Shown here: piece by piece, positions 1-10,092 of the stretch
Layout of the letters: each line of letters opens with the position of its first letter
Position numbering within the stretch: position 1 is the stretch's first letter
Source: an uncultured Alphaproteobacteria bacterium
GTDB lineage: Bacteria > Pseudomonadota > Alphaproteobacteria > RF32 > CAG-239
Assembly (NCBI GenBank): GCA_934270475.1
Contig: CAKQPS010000003.1
Location: 30,261 to 94,260 of the forward strand
Direction of reading: 5' to 3'
DNA length: 64,000 bases
Position numbers and translations under genes: made by a program
The notes under the pieces: generated by a model
Seen by the model: only the letters and a program-made list of their open reading frames with translations
Database searches by the model: none
Told to the model about the DNA's origin: nothing

Positions 1-1
1 G

Positions 2-802
2 CAGGATACTTTTAATGCGCTGCGCCATGTGCCGGATAATTTTGCCGATTTAATGATTGTCGACCCGCCGTATAATTTGACCAAAAATTTTGGTAAAAAC
101 ACGTTTTATCAAATGGATTTGACGGAATATAAAAAATGGCTGGACAAGTGGCTGTCTAAAACCGTGCGGATTCTCAAACCTAACGCCAGCTTGTATATTT
201 GTTCGGATTGGCAGAGTTCTATAGTGGTTCCGCTGGTTGCCGGCAAATATTTCAAATTGCGCAACCGAATTTCTTGGGAACGCGACAAGGGGCGCGCCGC
301 CTCCAATAATTGGAAAAATTGTTTGGAAGACATATGGTTTTTTACCGTGTCGGACGAATATACTTTTAATTTGGACGCGGTGAAAATGCAGAAAAAAGTG
401 CTGGCTCCATATCGCGACGGCAAGGGAAAACCTAAAGACTGGCAGGAAAAAAACGGCGAAAAAACCCGTTTAACGGCACCGTCCAATATTTGGACCGATA
501 TCACGATTCCTTTTTGGTCAATGGCGGAAAATACCGAGCATCCTACCCAAAAACCCGAAAAATTGATTGCAAAGCTGATATTAGCCTCCAGTAATGCCGG
601 CGATGTGGTGTTTGATCCATTTTTGGGTTCGGGAACTACGGCGGTGGTTGCCAAAAAATTAGAACGCCAGTATTTGGGCATAGAACGCGAGCGCAAATAT
701 GTGGCATTGGCGCTTAAACGCTTGGAAATGGCAGCAAAAAACAAAGAAATACAAGGGTATGAGCAGGGAATTTTTAAGAACCGCAATTCCGGTGCTGAAT
801 AA
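2..802 (+). CDS. Site-specific DNA methyltransferase, beta-class (N6-adenine/N4-cytosine), 5'-partial at window edge
   Basis: The reading frame is open back to base 2, with no stop upstream of the GTG at 29. DPPY motif (ADLMIVDPPYNL) lies N-terminal; HPTQKPE and FDPFLGSGTT (AdoMet motif I) lie C-terminal. This is the beta-class motif order. Confidence 0.85.
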   Translation, partial: QDTFNALRHVPDNFADLMIVDPPYNLTKNFGKNTFYQMDLTEYKKWLDKWLSKTVRILKPNASLYICSDWQSSIVVPLVAGKYFKLRNRISWERDKGRAASNNWKNCLEDIWFFTVSDEYTFNLDAVKMQKKVLAPYRDGKGKPKDWQEKNGEKTRLTAPSNIWTDITIPFWSMAENTEHPTQKPEKLIAKLILASSNAGDVVFDPFLGSGTTAVVAKKLERQYLGIERERKYVALALKRLEMAAKNKEIQGYEQGIFKNRNSGAE

Positions 803-878
803 ATGAGAAAAGTCTTGAGTTTTCTCATTTTTCAACTTATATATAGTGCGAAGAATTTATTTTTTTAAGGAAAATCTG

Positions 879-2744
879 ATGAGATTTGGAAAAAATGCGA
901 TTATTTGGTTGTTAGCCTTTGTGGCGCTCTCTTTTGCAATGAGTTTTATGGAGAATAAAAATTTTTCCTCCGGCTATGAAAATTTAGCATTTTCCGATTT
1001 TATGAATGAAGTTAAAGGCAAACGCATTTCCGGTGTAACCATGACTGGTGCGCAAATTTACAGCGTGTCGACCGACGGCAAAAAGTATATGACTTATGCT
1101 CCGTACAGCCCGACAACAGTTGATACTTTGCTGGCGAACAATGTGCGGGTTGATGCTAAGCCTCAGGATACTGCCGGCGATACATTTTGGAGCATTGTAA
1201 TTTCCTGGTTCCCGATGATTTTGCTTATTGGCGTTTGGGTTTTCTTTATGCGCCAAGCCAGTGCCGGAAACAACAAGGCTATGAGTTTCGGCAAGTCGCG
1301 CGCTCGTTTAGTTGAAAACACCAAGCGTGTTACGTTTAACGATGTTGCCGGAGCCGATGAATCCAAGCAAGAGCTTGAAGAAATTGTTGACTTTTTGAAA
1401 GATCCGCAAAAGTTCCAGCGTTTAGGCGGTAAAATTCCAAAGGGAGTTTTGCTGGTCGGACCTCCGGGAACAGGTAAAACATTGCTGGCAAAAGCTGTTG
1501 CCGGAGAGGCAAATGTGCCGTTTTTCTCTATTTCCGGCTCAGATTTTGTTGAAATGTTTGTTGGTGTCGGCGCCTCTCGCGTGCGCGATATGTTTGCCCA
1601 AGCCAAAAAGAACTCGCCTTGCTTGCTGTTTATTGATGAAATAGATGCCGTGGGACGTCACCGCGGTGCCGGTTTGGGCGGCGGCAACGACGAGCGCGAA
1701 CAGACTCTTAACCAGCTGTTGGTGGAAATGGACGGCTTTGAGCCAAACGAAAATGTTATTTTGATAGCCGCCACCAATCGTCCAGATGTTTTGGATCCGG
1801 CTTTGTTGCGTCCAGGGCGTTTTGATAGACAGGTTACGGTCAGCAATCCTGATGTTAAAGGACGTGAGGCAATTTTAAATGTGCATGTCCGCAAAGTGCC
1901 ATTGGCGCGTGATGTGGATTTGTCGGTTGTTGCCCGCGGTACCCCAGGGTTTTCCGGTGCCGATTTGGCTAATTTGGTTAATGAGGCGGCTTTGCTGGCT
2001 GCCCGTCGCAACAAGCGCAAAGTTACTGCCGAAGATTTTGACAATGCCAAAGATAAAGTCTTGATGGGCAGCGAACGCAAGTCTATGGCTATGGACGAGC
2101 AGGAAAAGAAACTGACTGCTTATCACGAAGCCGGTCACGCTATTTGCTCGCTGCATGTTAAAGAAACCGACCCTATCCATAAGGCTACAATTATTCCAAG
2201 AGGCAGAGCTTTGGGAATGGTGCAGCAGCTGCCGGAAAAAGACCAATATTCGTATACCCGCGCTAAAATGTTGTCCCGTTTGATTATCTGCATGGGCGGA
2301 AGAGTGAGCGAAGAGCTAAAGTTCGGCTATGACAAAGTTACTTCCGGCGCGTCGTCAGATATTGCTGCTGCCACTAATTTGGCTCGGGCTATGGTTACCG
2401 AATGGGGTATGAGCGATGTTTTGGGACCTGTGATGTATGCTGAAAATTCTAATGAAGTTTTCTTAGGTCGCAGTGTTACGCAAAATCAAAATATGAGCGA
2501 AGAAACCGCGCGTTTGGTAGATTCGGAAATTAAGCGTTTGGTAACGGAAGCTCATGATGAAGCTGCAAAAATTTTGAAAGAAAATGACAATGAACTGGAA
2601 ACTTTAGCGCAGGCTTTAATGGAATATGAAACTTTGACCGGAGAAGAAATTAAAGAAGTGCTTGCCGGCAAAAAAATAGACCGTACCGAGCAGACTCCGG
2701 TTCCGCAAGAAAAACAAACAAAAGTTTCTGTTCCTGAAGTTTAA
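879..2744 (+). CDS. ftsH: ATP-dependent zinc metalloprotease FtsH
   Basis: N-terminal TM segments, Walker A GPPGTGKT, Walker [15 protein letters not shown] zinc site. ATG at 879 is preceded by AAGGA; the ORF track start at 846 is a GTG extension. Confidence 0.97.
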   Translation: MRFGKNAIIWLLAFVALSFAMSFMENKNFSSGYENLAFSDFMNEVKGKRISGVTMTGAQIYSVSTDGKKYMTYAPYSPTTVDTLLANNVRVDAKPQDTAGDTFWSIVISWFPMILLIGVWVFFMRQASAGNNKAMSFGKSRARLVENTKRVTFNDVAGADESKQELEEIVDFLKDPQKFQRLGGKIPKGVLLVGPPGTGKTLLAKAVAGEANVPFFSISGSDFVEMFVGVGASRVRDMFAQAKKNSPCLLFIDEIDAVGRHRGAGLGGGNDEREQTLNQLLVEMDGFEPNENVILIAATNRPDVLDPALLRPGRFDRQVTVSNPDVKGREAILNVHVRKVPLARDVDLSVVARGTPGFSGADLANLVNEAALLAARRNKRKVTAEDFDNAKDKVLMGSERKSMAMDEQEKKLTAYHEAGHAICSLHVKETDPIHKATIIPRGRALGMVQQLPEKDQYSYTRAKMLSRLIICMGGRVSEELKFGYDKVTSGASSDIAAATNLARAMVTEWGMSDVLGPVMYAENSNEVFLGRSVTQNQNMSEETARLVDSEIKRLVTEAHDEAAKILKENDNELETLAQALMEYETLTGEEIKEVLAGKKIDRTEQTPVPQEKQTKVSVPEV

Positions 2745-2762
2745 TGAATAAAAGAGGTTAAA

Positions 2763-3659
2763 ATGGATTTTAAAGAATTAGGTTTAACTGAAACCACCAT
2801 AAAAGCAATCAATGAAGCCGGAATTTCTGTGCCAACAACCGTGCAGTCAGATGTTATTCCATCTATTTTGGCGGGAAAAGACGTGTTTGCCATTGCTCCC
2901 GCCGGCTGCGGCAAAACTTGTTCCTATGTTTTCCCGCTGATAGATATTATTGCCCGTCATGAGGCGCAGAATATTTTGGTTATAACCGCAAATTCCAAGC
3001 AGTCGGTGATTGTTTCAGACCGCTTTGCCGTATTTAACAAATATCACGAAATCAGCGAAACGGCTTTAACCGATAAAGAGGAAAATGTTAACGATGAGGC
3101 AAATGTGATTATCGCGTCTCCAAGTTTGTTGGTAGATTTGCTAAAAGAAGATAAATTGGATTTGTCAAATATCAATATTTTGGTGGTTGATGACATTAAC
3201 CTTATCAAAAAACTGCATCAGCTGCAAAATTTGGAACAGGTTTTGGAAGTTTTGCCTGCCGATAAGCAGAACATTGTGTTTACTAACCGCCGCTCCAAAG
3301 AAACGCAGGATATTTTAGATAAAATCTTGAAAACTCCGGCAGAAATCAAAATCGACCGCGCCAAAGAGCAGGAAGCTGTGCAAAATGAAAGCGCTCCGGT
3401 TGCAGTTGAGGAAGAATCTGTAAAGACAAATGCAAAACCAGTTGCAGAAAAATCCGAGCAGGCAACAGAAAATAAGGCTCGTCTAGAACGTAAAGACCGC
3501 CGCGAACAACGTGGCGAGCGCCGCAGAAATGCCGACAAACGCGAGGAAAATCCTAAAGACAGCGAGGCGATGAGCTTAATGCGCAAGTTTCATACTTTTG
3601 GTCGCCGCACGCCGGATTTTCTGCTGACTAAAGTCGAATTAGCGGACGATAATCAATAA
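2763..3659 (+). CDS. DEAD-box helicase-like protein, RecA1 domain only, degenerate motifs, basic/acidic C-terminal tail
   Basis: Q-motif-like GLTETTIKAINEAGISVPTTVQ and motif I APAGCGKT are present. DEAD is replaced by VVDD. There is no RecA2 domain. The tail is K/E/R-rich (RKDRREQRGERRRNADKREE). Confidence 0.6.
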   Translation: MDFKELGLTETTIKAINEAGISVPTTVQSDVIPSILAGKDVFAIAPAGCGKTCSYVFPLIDIIARHEAQNILVITANSKQSVIVSDRFAVFNKYHEISETALTDKEENVNDEANVIIASPSLLVDLLKEDKLDLSNINILVVDDINLIKKLHQLQNLEQVLEVLPADKQNIVFTNRRSKETQDILDKILKTPAEIKIDRAKEQEAVQNESAPVAVEEESVKTNAKPVAEKSEQATENKARLERKDRREQRGERRRNADKREENPKDSEAMSLMRKFHTFGRRTPDFLLTKVELADDNQ

Positions 3660-3749
3660 TTTGTGTTTTTTTGCAAAAAAAACTTGAAAATTTACGCTGT
3701 TAGGCTATAAAAATTCCATAAAAGAATCAAGTTTTTGAGGAGATTAAGA

Positions 3750-4508
3750 ATGTCAGGACATTCCCAATTTAAGAATATTATGTACAGAAAAGGCGCTCAA
3801 GATGCAAAAAAAGCACGCGTTTTCGCTAAATTAGCCCGTGAAATTACCGTAGCCGCAAAAAGCGGTTTGCCTGAGCCGGATAAAAACCCGCGTTTGCGTT
3901 TGGCTATTCAGGCTGCCCGTGCCGAAAGTATGCCGAAAGACAATATTGAACGCGCTATCGCCAAAGCTACCACCGTGGCTGGCGGCGCAGACTTTGTGTC
4001 TATGCGTTATGAAGGTTTTTCTTCAGGCAAAGTTGCCGTTATTGTTGAGGCGCTGACGGACAACAAAAACCGCACAGCCGGAAATGTGCGTACCATTTTT
4101 GGTAAACGCGGCGGCGCTATGGGAGAAAACGGTTCGGTTGCTTTCAACTTTGAACGCATCGGCTATATTCAATATCCGGCATCTGTTGCCAGCGCTGATG
4201 AAATGTTTGAAGCTGCTTTGGAAGCCGGCGCTAATGAAGTTGTTTCTGATGAAAATTATCATGAAATTGAAACTTTGCCGGACGACTTGTCTGCAGTTAC
4301 TAGCGCTTTGGAAGCTAAATACGGCACTCCGTCCGCTTCTCGTTTGGATTGGAAACCGACAGTTAAAGTTGACATCAACGATGTTGACAGCGCTCGTAAG
4401 TTTTTGGAATTTGTTGACGCTTTGGAAGATGACGAGGATGTTCAGCACGTTTATCACAATGCGGAAATCGCCGAAGACGTTATGGCTCAATTAGCCGGCG
4501 AGGAATAA
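3750..4508 (+). CDS. YebC/PmpR family DNA-binding transcriptional regulator
   Basis: N-terminus MSGHSQFKNIMYRKGAQDAKKARVFAKL is the family signature. GAGGAG RBS precedes the ATG at 3750. It sits directly upstream of ruvC, as in many bacteria. Confidence 0.93.
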   Translation: MSGHSQFKNIMYRKGAQDAKKARVFAKLAREITVAAKSGLPEPDKNPRLRLAIQAARAESMPKDNIERAIAKATTVAGGADFVSMRYEGFSSGKVAVIVEALTDNKNRTAGNVRTIFGKRGGAMGENGSVAFNFERIGYIQYPASVASADEMFEAALEAGANEVVSDENYHEIETLPDDLSAVTSALEAKYGTPSASRLDWKPTVKVDINDVDSARKFLEFVDALEDDEDVQHVYHNAEIAEDVMAQLAGEE

Positions 4509-4990
4509 TGCGTATCTTGGGGCTTGATCCAAGTCTATCCTCCACGGGGTGGGGGGTTATTGAAGTGAATGCAAACCGTCTGCAATATGTTGCGGACGGT
4601 TTTATTCCTACTTCTCCAAAAATGCCGATTGAAGAGCGGCTGGATATAATTTTCAACACGTTAAGCGAGGTTATTGAAACCTATCAGCCTGTTGAAGCGG
4701 CGATTGAAAAAACTTTCCTTAATTCAAACCCGGAAACGTCGCTTAAACTTAGTATGGCGCGCGGTGTTGTTATTTTAGCTGCCGGTCACTATCATCTGCC
4801 ACTGTTTGAATTTGACCCGACCAAGGTCAAAAAAGCGCTGGTCGGTGTTGGACATGCCGATAAAAATCAGGTTGAAACCATGGTGAAAATTTTGCTCCCT
4901 GGCTGTAAGCCGAAAAATAACGATGCTTCCGATGCTTTGGCAATGGCGATTACCCGCAGCCATTACCGCACATCTGTTTCCTATAAATAA
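4508..4990 (+). CDS. ruvC: Crossover junction endodeoxyribonuclease RuvC
   Basis: MRILGLDPSLSSTGWGVIE start carries the catalytic Asp. Later ...DASDALAMAI motif. Size is 160 aa. The start overlaps the yebC stop (TAATG). Confidence 0.95.
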   Translation: MRILGLDPSLSSTGWGVIEVNANRLQYVADGFIPTSPKMPIEERLDIIFNTLSEVIETYQPVEAAIEKTFLNSNPETSLKLSMARGVVILAAGHYHLPLFEFDPTKVKKALVGVGHADKNQVETMVKILLPGCKPKNNDASDALAMAITRSHYRTSVSYK

Positions 4991-5023
4991 CCGATTAAAT
5001 CCTAAATTTGGGACAGGTATTCA

Positions 5024-5791
5024 TTAAGGATAAATGTATAGCTGCAAAGTGCAAGCTTCATCTATGTTGCACCACCGACAAAGGCTTTGCGCTTCTGCAA
5101 TGGTTATTGACTTGAGTTTATCTTGGGTAAAGACATTAGCTTTATTATTATTTATAGCATCTTTATCGTATTGAAACATTACAACTTTTTCAATATCTTT
5201 GATATTTTGCTGAGCCACAAATATGGCGTTTTCACAAAAATCTTCGGCGCTGGGAGAAAGCATTGCCGAATTATGCCGTAATCTTAACCGAACCATATAT
5301 TCTAAACGGCTGGAAGTGCTGCCATCAGTATTATTCCAATGAATCATTCCATAATAAACATTTAAATTATTGCCATCTTTATCATAGAGCCAGTCATTTT
5401 TATAAGTTATACCATCAGGAACCAAGCCTAACACATCAAAAATATAGGTTACTTGACCTGAAACATTATTTTTCATTGCGGCGAGTTCTGAACGCAAATT
5501 TATGGCATTGGCAAAAATCTGAACCAGCAGTTCTTTTTGAATATTCGACCGATACATGCGCATTGCTTTAGTGAATCCGGCAATACCACCAACTGATAGA
5601 ACAGCGATAATAGCCAGCACCCCAAGCATTTCTATCATCGAACGACCGGATTGCAACACACTCTTATGGTCATCCTTGGCTTTGAGCGCCAGCTCATTCG
5701 CCGAGGATCCAGTATGGTATATCCGCTTAAAGAATATAGACTTTTTATTTCTGGATGCTCGAGACAGTTCGCTGCGCTCATGCTCAAGCAT
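5024..5791 (-). CDS. Prepilin-type N-terminal cleavage/methylation domain protein (type IV pilin/pseudopilin-like)
   Basis: G|RSMIEMLGVLAIIAVLSVGGIAGFTKAM has Glu at +5 after the Gly, followed by a hydrophobic helix. The ATG at 5791 gives an atypically long 49-aa leader. An in-frame GTG at 5659 would give the typical short leader (VLQSG|). Confidence 0.7.
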   Translation of the reverse strand: MLEHERSELSRASRNKKSIFFKRIYHTGSSANELALKAKDDHKSVLQSGRSMIEMLGVLAIIAVLSVGGIAGFTKAMRMYRSNIQKELLVQIFANAINLRSELAAMKNNVSGQVTYIFDVLGLVPDGITYKNDWLYDKDGNNLNVYYGMIHWNNTDGSTSSRLEYMVRLRLRHNSAMLSPSAEDFCENAIFVAQQNIKDIEKVVMFQYDKDAINNNKANVFTQDKLKSITIAEAQSLCRWCNIDEACTLQLYIYP

Positions 5792-5884
5792 GACGCTGAA
5801 AGAGGTGCGTATTTCTTTACTAACCCCTGCAAAAACGCGCTGAACGGTAGAAAAAGTGCCTTTAATCAGATGTATAGGATTCGC

Positions 5885-5899
5885 AGAGAGAGAGAGAGA
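5885..5899. repeat. (AG)7 dinucleotide microsatellite in the region upstream of the pilin-like gene
   Basis: agagagagagagaga is read directly at 5885-5899. Confidence 0.9.
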
Positions 5900-6057
5900 C
5901 CTTTGGATTGCTTATTTTTCATCTTTCTTTCCTCATTTTAATGTTGATTATTAGATATAGTCTATAGCAGCCTCACGCCATAAGTCAACCCTAAAATCAA
6001 AGCATAAGAATGTCCTAAAGCGTGCAAAAATCGACCATTTAAAAATGGACGCTTCAA

Positions 6058-7422
6058 CTAAAAAACGCGGCGTTCTTTCAGCTCGGCTTTAATCCGTTCG
6101 TCCAAATCTTCTAGTTTAAGCGAAACAGATTTCGTCGGTTTGGCTTTTTTAGCGCGTTCCACTTGTTTTTGCGCTCCGTCTAAGTTGCCGATGGCATAAT
6201 TAAATTCGGCGGCGGCGTAATAAGAAGCCGCTTTTTCTCCGCAGATATTATAGGCGCGGGATAAAAGCTGCCAGCCGGTTGCCGTCGGCACGCTGATAAG
6301 CGATTGCTGCAATAAATTTGCTGCTTTTTGTGCTTGCTGCTTGCTTGGCGAATTTTCTATAATTGCCTGCGCCAAACTGATTTTAAGCAGCGGAGAGTTC
6401 GGCAAAAGTTTCAATGCTTTTTCATAGGCTGCCGCGCTGTCAGCAACTCGTCCGCTTTCAAACAAAAATTGCCCTTTAAGTTCATAAAAATATGGATTAT
6501 TCGGCTGCTGCGCAATTAAATTGTCCATTTCCGCCAATGCACCTGCAATATTGCCAATTCTAAAATCTAAAACCGCGTGGGCATAACGAGCCGGCGCGTC
6601 GTTTCTGCTCACAGGATATAAACGTTTTACTTTGGCTGTATCCAGCATAAAAGCGGCAAGTTTAGCTTTTATTATCGCCAAATCTGCATCTAGTTGGTTT
6701 GTTGTGCTAAAATGATTTTCTTTTGCCGCTTCGTTAAAATGGCTGATACGTTCGTTTGTCATCGGGTGAGTACGGAAATAGTCGCTTTCATCAATGCCGC
6801 TCAAGGCGTTTTGCTGCTTGATTTTGCGCATAAAACGCTTTAGTCCTGCAGTTGATTGTTTGGTTTTGGACAATAATTTAACGGCGCTTTCATCGGCGCT
6901 ACGTTCTTCTTCCACCTGATAATTCAGCATACTGTTCAAGGCAGAGCTTTGCGAGCCTAAAATAACCGCCATCGCGGCATCGCCCCGTCCGGTGGAAACA
7001 GCGGCGGCTCCGGCTGCCAGCATCGAGCCCAGCATAACATATTGCATTTTTTCCAGTTTTAATTTTTGCCGTACGATGTGACCGCCTAAAATATGTCCTG
7101 TTTCGTGCGCCAAAATTCCGGAAAGTTCGTTTGTGTCGTCAATATTCAGCAAAGTTCCGGTATTTACAAACAGATAATTGCCGTCGCTGACAAAAGCGTT
7201 TAAAGAATTATCGCTGACAATAAAAATGTTGTTGGAATTAAAATTGACGCCGGCGGCTTTGAACAGCGGCTGCACCACCTTGGCTACATAGCTTTCGGTT
7301 TCGGCGTCAGAGATTAGGGTTAGTCCTTGACTTAGCGCCGTCTTAAAAGGAAAGGCGGCACATAAGCTCAAGAAACATAGAAAATAAATTTTTCGGATTA
7401 GCCGATAAGTTTTTTCCACCAT
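6058..7422 (-). CDS. M48 family metallopeptidase with C-terminal TPR repeats (BepA/YfgC-like periplasmic protease)
   Basis: Signal peptide and HETGHILGGH (HExxH). The C-terminal half is TPR-like (AYEKALKLLPNSPLL...). Confidence 0.85.
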   Translation of the reverse strand: MVEKTYRLIRKIYFLCFLSLCAAFPFKTALSQGLTLISDAETESYVAKVVQPLFKAAGVNFNSNNIFIVSDNSLNAFVSDGNYLFVNTGTLLNIDDTNELSGILAHETGHILGGHIVRQKLKLEKMQYVMLGSMLAAGAAAVSTGRGDAAMAVILGSQSSALNSMLNYQVEEERSADESAVKLLSKTKQSTAGLKRFMRKIKQQNALSGIDESDYFRTHPMTNERISHFNEAAKENHFSTTNQLDADLAIIKAKLAAFMLDTAKVKRLYPVSRNDAPARYAHAVLDFRIGNIAGALAEMDNLIAQQPNNPYFYELKGQFLFESGRVADSAAAYEKALKLLPNSPLLKISLAQAIIENSPSKQQAQKAANLLQQSLISVPTATGWQLLSRAYNICGEKAASYYAAAEFNYAIGNLDGAQKQVERAKKAKPTKSVSLKLEDLDERIKAELKERRVF

Positions 7423-9665
7423 GATTTTTTCTCCGGCTTAGGTTCTTCAACCGGTTGCAGAACAGCTTTTTCCGTCCGTTCAAAAGATTTTCTATCGCGG
7501 CGGAAACGGCGGCTGCGTCCTCCTTTGCGGAAACGGCGGTTTTCTGTGCTGCTGTCTTCTTCAAAGGATTCGCTGCTGTCTTCAGCCTCGTTTTCATCAT
7601 TAGCCTCAATGTTATCTGCTTCATAGCAGGTCGTTGCTGCTTCTTTGCACGCAATTGTATTCGGCAGCTTTTCCCGCTCAATCTTGAAATCAGAAGCATC
7701 TTTCATAGACGCGTCGCCGGCAATAATAACGCAGATTTGATATTCTTCTTCCAAGGCAGCCAGCTGTTTGCGCTTTTGGTTCAGCAAATATGCGGCGATG
7801 TCTGCCGGAACAGTGGCGGTGATTTTCATATTTTGACCGCGTACGGCTTCGCCTTCAATAGCACGCAAAATCAAAGTCGCTCCGGATTCGATAGTGCGGA
7901 CAACCCCGTGACCGTGGCAGTATGGACAAGTCTCATAGTTGCTTTCCATAAAGGACGAGTGCATGCGTTGGCGGGAAATTTCCAGCAGTCCGAAAATACT
8001 CATTTTGGCAATTTGAATGCGAGCACGGTCGTCTTTCATCGCCTCTTTCATACGCTTTTCAACAGCCACATTGTTTTGCGGCTCGTACATATCAATAAAG
8101 TCAACCACAACCAAACCGGCAAGGTCGCGCATTTTCAGCTGCTTAGCAATTTCATCGGCAGCTTCCAAATTGGTTTTGAGAGCGGTTTCTTCAATATCTT
8201 TTTCTTTGGTGGCGCGTCCGGAGTTTACATCAATAGAAACTAAAGCTTCGGTCGGGTTAATTACCAAATAGCCGCCGGATTCCAACTGAACAATCGGATT
8301 ATGCAGCTTATCCAGCTGAGCCTCAATTTGAAAACGCTGGAACACCGGAGCTTCACCTGGACGGCGGCACTTGATGTGTTTCAAATTATGCGGCGACAAA
8401 ATCTTTACAAAATTGCGCGCTATCTGATAAGCGGCGTCGCCGTCAATAATCACTTCAGAAATATCTTTAGTGTACATATCTCGCAAAGCACGCTTAATCA
8501 AGTTGCCCTCTTCATAAATGATTGCCGGCGGCTGGTTGCGCAATGCGCTGTAGCGGATTGCATTCCAAGTGCGGATAAGATAGTTGTAGTCGCGCACAAT
8601 ATCAGCTTTGGTCTTGTCTTCTCCGGCGGTGCGCACAATCAGCGACATTTCCGGATTAAGCGGCAGTTCTTTGATAATTCCTTTTAAGCGCTTGCGGTCA
8701 TTGGCATTGGTGATTTTTCGTGAAACACCGCCGCTTTTAATGCGGTTAGGCATCAAAACGCAATAGCGTCCGGCTAAAGAAATGTAAGTGGTGCAGGCAG
8801 CGCCTTTGTTGCCGCGCTCTTCTTTAACAACCTGAACCAAAAGAGTTTGCCCTTCTTTAATCACTTCCTGAATGGTGCTGCGGTGAAACAGTTTGCGGGC
8901 GCGTAAAAGCTTGCGCTGTAAATCAAAATTGTATTCAGCCGATTCTTCGTCGGTATCTTCTTCATCGTCATCAACGCAGTCTTCTTCTATTGATTCGTCA
9001 TCTGTGCCGGTGGCATCAGCCATAGTCTTTGGCGATTCGGCTTTTTTACGCGGACGGCGGGTGTAGTGGCGGCGTTTTTTCGGAGCTGCTTCAGCTGTTG
9101 TTTCCTCAGCGGCGGCTTCCTCGTTTTCTTCGGTAGTGGATTCGCTGCTTTCTGCTGCGGTTGTTTCAGTAGAAACTTCTTCGGTAGATTCGCTATTGTC
9201 TTGCAAATAATCATCATTTTCCGGAATAACGTTTTGCGCTGGTTCCAGCTGAGATTCTTCAATTTCCTGAGCTTGTTCAGCTTCCAAACGGCGCTGTGCT
9301 TCCAAAGCCTCTTTTTCTGCTCTATAGCGGGCTTTTTCTGCTTCGCGCTCTTTCAAATATTGAATTTTATTATTGATAATTTCATCAACTTCGGCATTGA
9401 CTTCATTCAAAACTTCTTCTGAAACATTGTAGTAGTCCGGATGAATTTCATTAAAAGCTAAAAAACCGTGCTTGTTTCCGCCGTAATCAATAAAAGCGGC
9501 TTGCAAAGACGGTTCAATGCGAATTACTTTAGCTGTGTAAATATTGCCTTTAATTTGTTTGCGGGAAGATGATTCAAATTCAACATCTTCAACTTTGTTG
9601 CCATCAACAATCACAACGCGGGTTTCTTCCGGTTGAGTGTCGTCAATCAACATTCTCTTAGTCAT
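7398..9665 (-). CDS. rne: Ribonuclease E (RNase E/G family) with a long acidic insertion in the S1 domain
   Basis: MTKRMLIDDTQPEETRVVIVDGNKVEDVEFE...GNIYTAKVIRIEPSLQAAFIDYGGNKHGFL matches the S1 domain. Also the DNase-I-like region, the Zn-link CPYCHGHG and an Arg-rich tail (RRFRKGGRSRRFRRDRK). Start is taken at the MTKRML ATG (9665). Confidence 0.95.
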   Translation of the reverse strand: MTKRMLIDDTQPEETRVVIVDGNKVEDVEFESSSRKQIKGNIYTAKVIRIEPSLQAAFIDYGGNKHGFLAFNEIHPDYYNVSEEVLNEVNAEVDEIINNKIQYLKEREAEKARYRAEKEALEAQRRLEAEQAQEIEESQLEPAQNVIPENDDYLQDNSESTEEVSTETTAAESSESTTEENEEAAAEETTAEAAPKKRRHYTRRPRKKAESPKTMADATGTDDESIEEDCVDDDEEDTDEESAEYNFDLQRKLLRARKLFHRSTIQEVIKEGQTLLVQVVKEERGNKGAACTTYISLAGRYCVLMPNRIKSGGVSRKITNANDRKRLKGIIKELPLNPEMSLIVRTAGEDKTKADIVRDYNYLIRTWNAIRYSALRNQPPAIIYEEGNLIKRALRDMYTKDISEVIIDGDAAYQIARNFVKILSPHNLKHIKCRRPGEAPVFQRFQIEAQLDKLHNPIVQLESGGYLVINPTEALVSIDVNSGRATKEKDIEETALKTNLEAADEIAKQLKMRDLAGLVVVDFIDMYEPQNNVAVEKRMKEAMKDDRARIQIAKMSIFGLLEISRQRMHSSFMESNYETCPYCHGHGVVRTIESGATLILRAIEGEAVRGQNMKITATVPADIAAYLLNQKRKQLAALEEEYQICVIIAGDASMKDASDFKIEREKLPNTIACKEAATTCYEADNIEANDENEAEDSSESFEEDSSTENRRFRKGGRSRRFRRDRKSFERTEKAVLQPVEEPKPEKKSWWKKLIG

Positions 9666-10092
9666 TATATAACCCCATAACATGGCTTAAAATAAGCCGT
9701 TAATCCCACGGGCATGATAATTGTCTGCAAAATCCGCCGACGGCGTAAACTAAAAAATAATACCAAATCCGCACATATTTTTAAAGGCGGCGGCGTTGTT
9801 TTGCTTTTTGTGTCCTTCCGTTATTTCTTCCTTATTCTTCTTGCTTATTAGAAAATGCCGGAAGGGTTATTATCTAACCCAAACTTTTTGTTTCCGTTAA
9901 TGCTGAAAATGATTTTTTCCTGTCTAATAAAAACCCTCAAATTAAAAATCATTTCCAACCGGAAAACATCGTTAGAATAATAAAGAAAAATAAAAAAACA
10001 ATAAATTTTTTAAAATTTTGCCATAAAAATATAAATTTTAACATATTGGTAATAAGTAAATTCTATAATTTTTCGCAAAATGAGGTATATCT

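Noticed and set aside
109-828. 239-aa antisense ORF. The same applies to similar long antisense ORFs at 7455-8243, 36350-36820, 42906-43646, 21469-22392 and elsewhere.
   Set aside because: Each lies wholly inside a strongly supported gene on the opposite strand and shows low-complexity, motif-free sequence.
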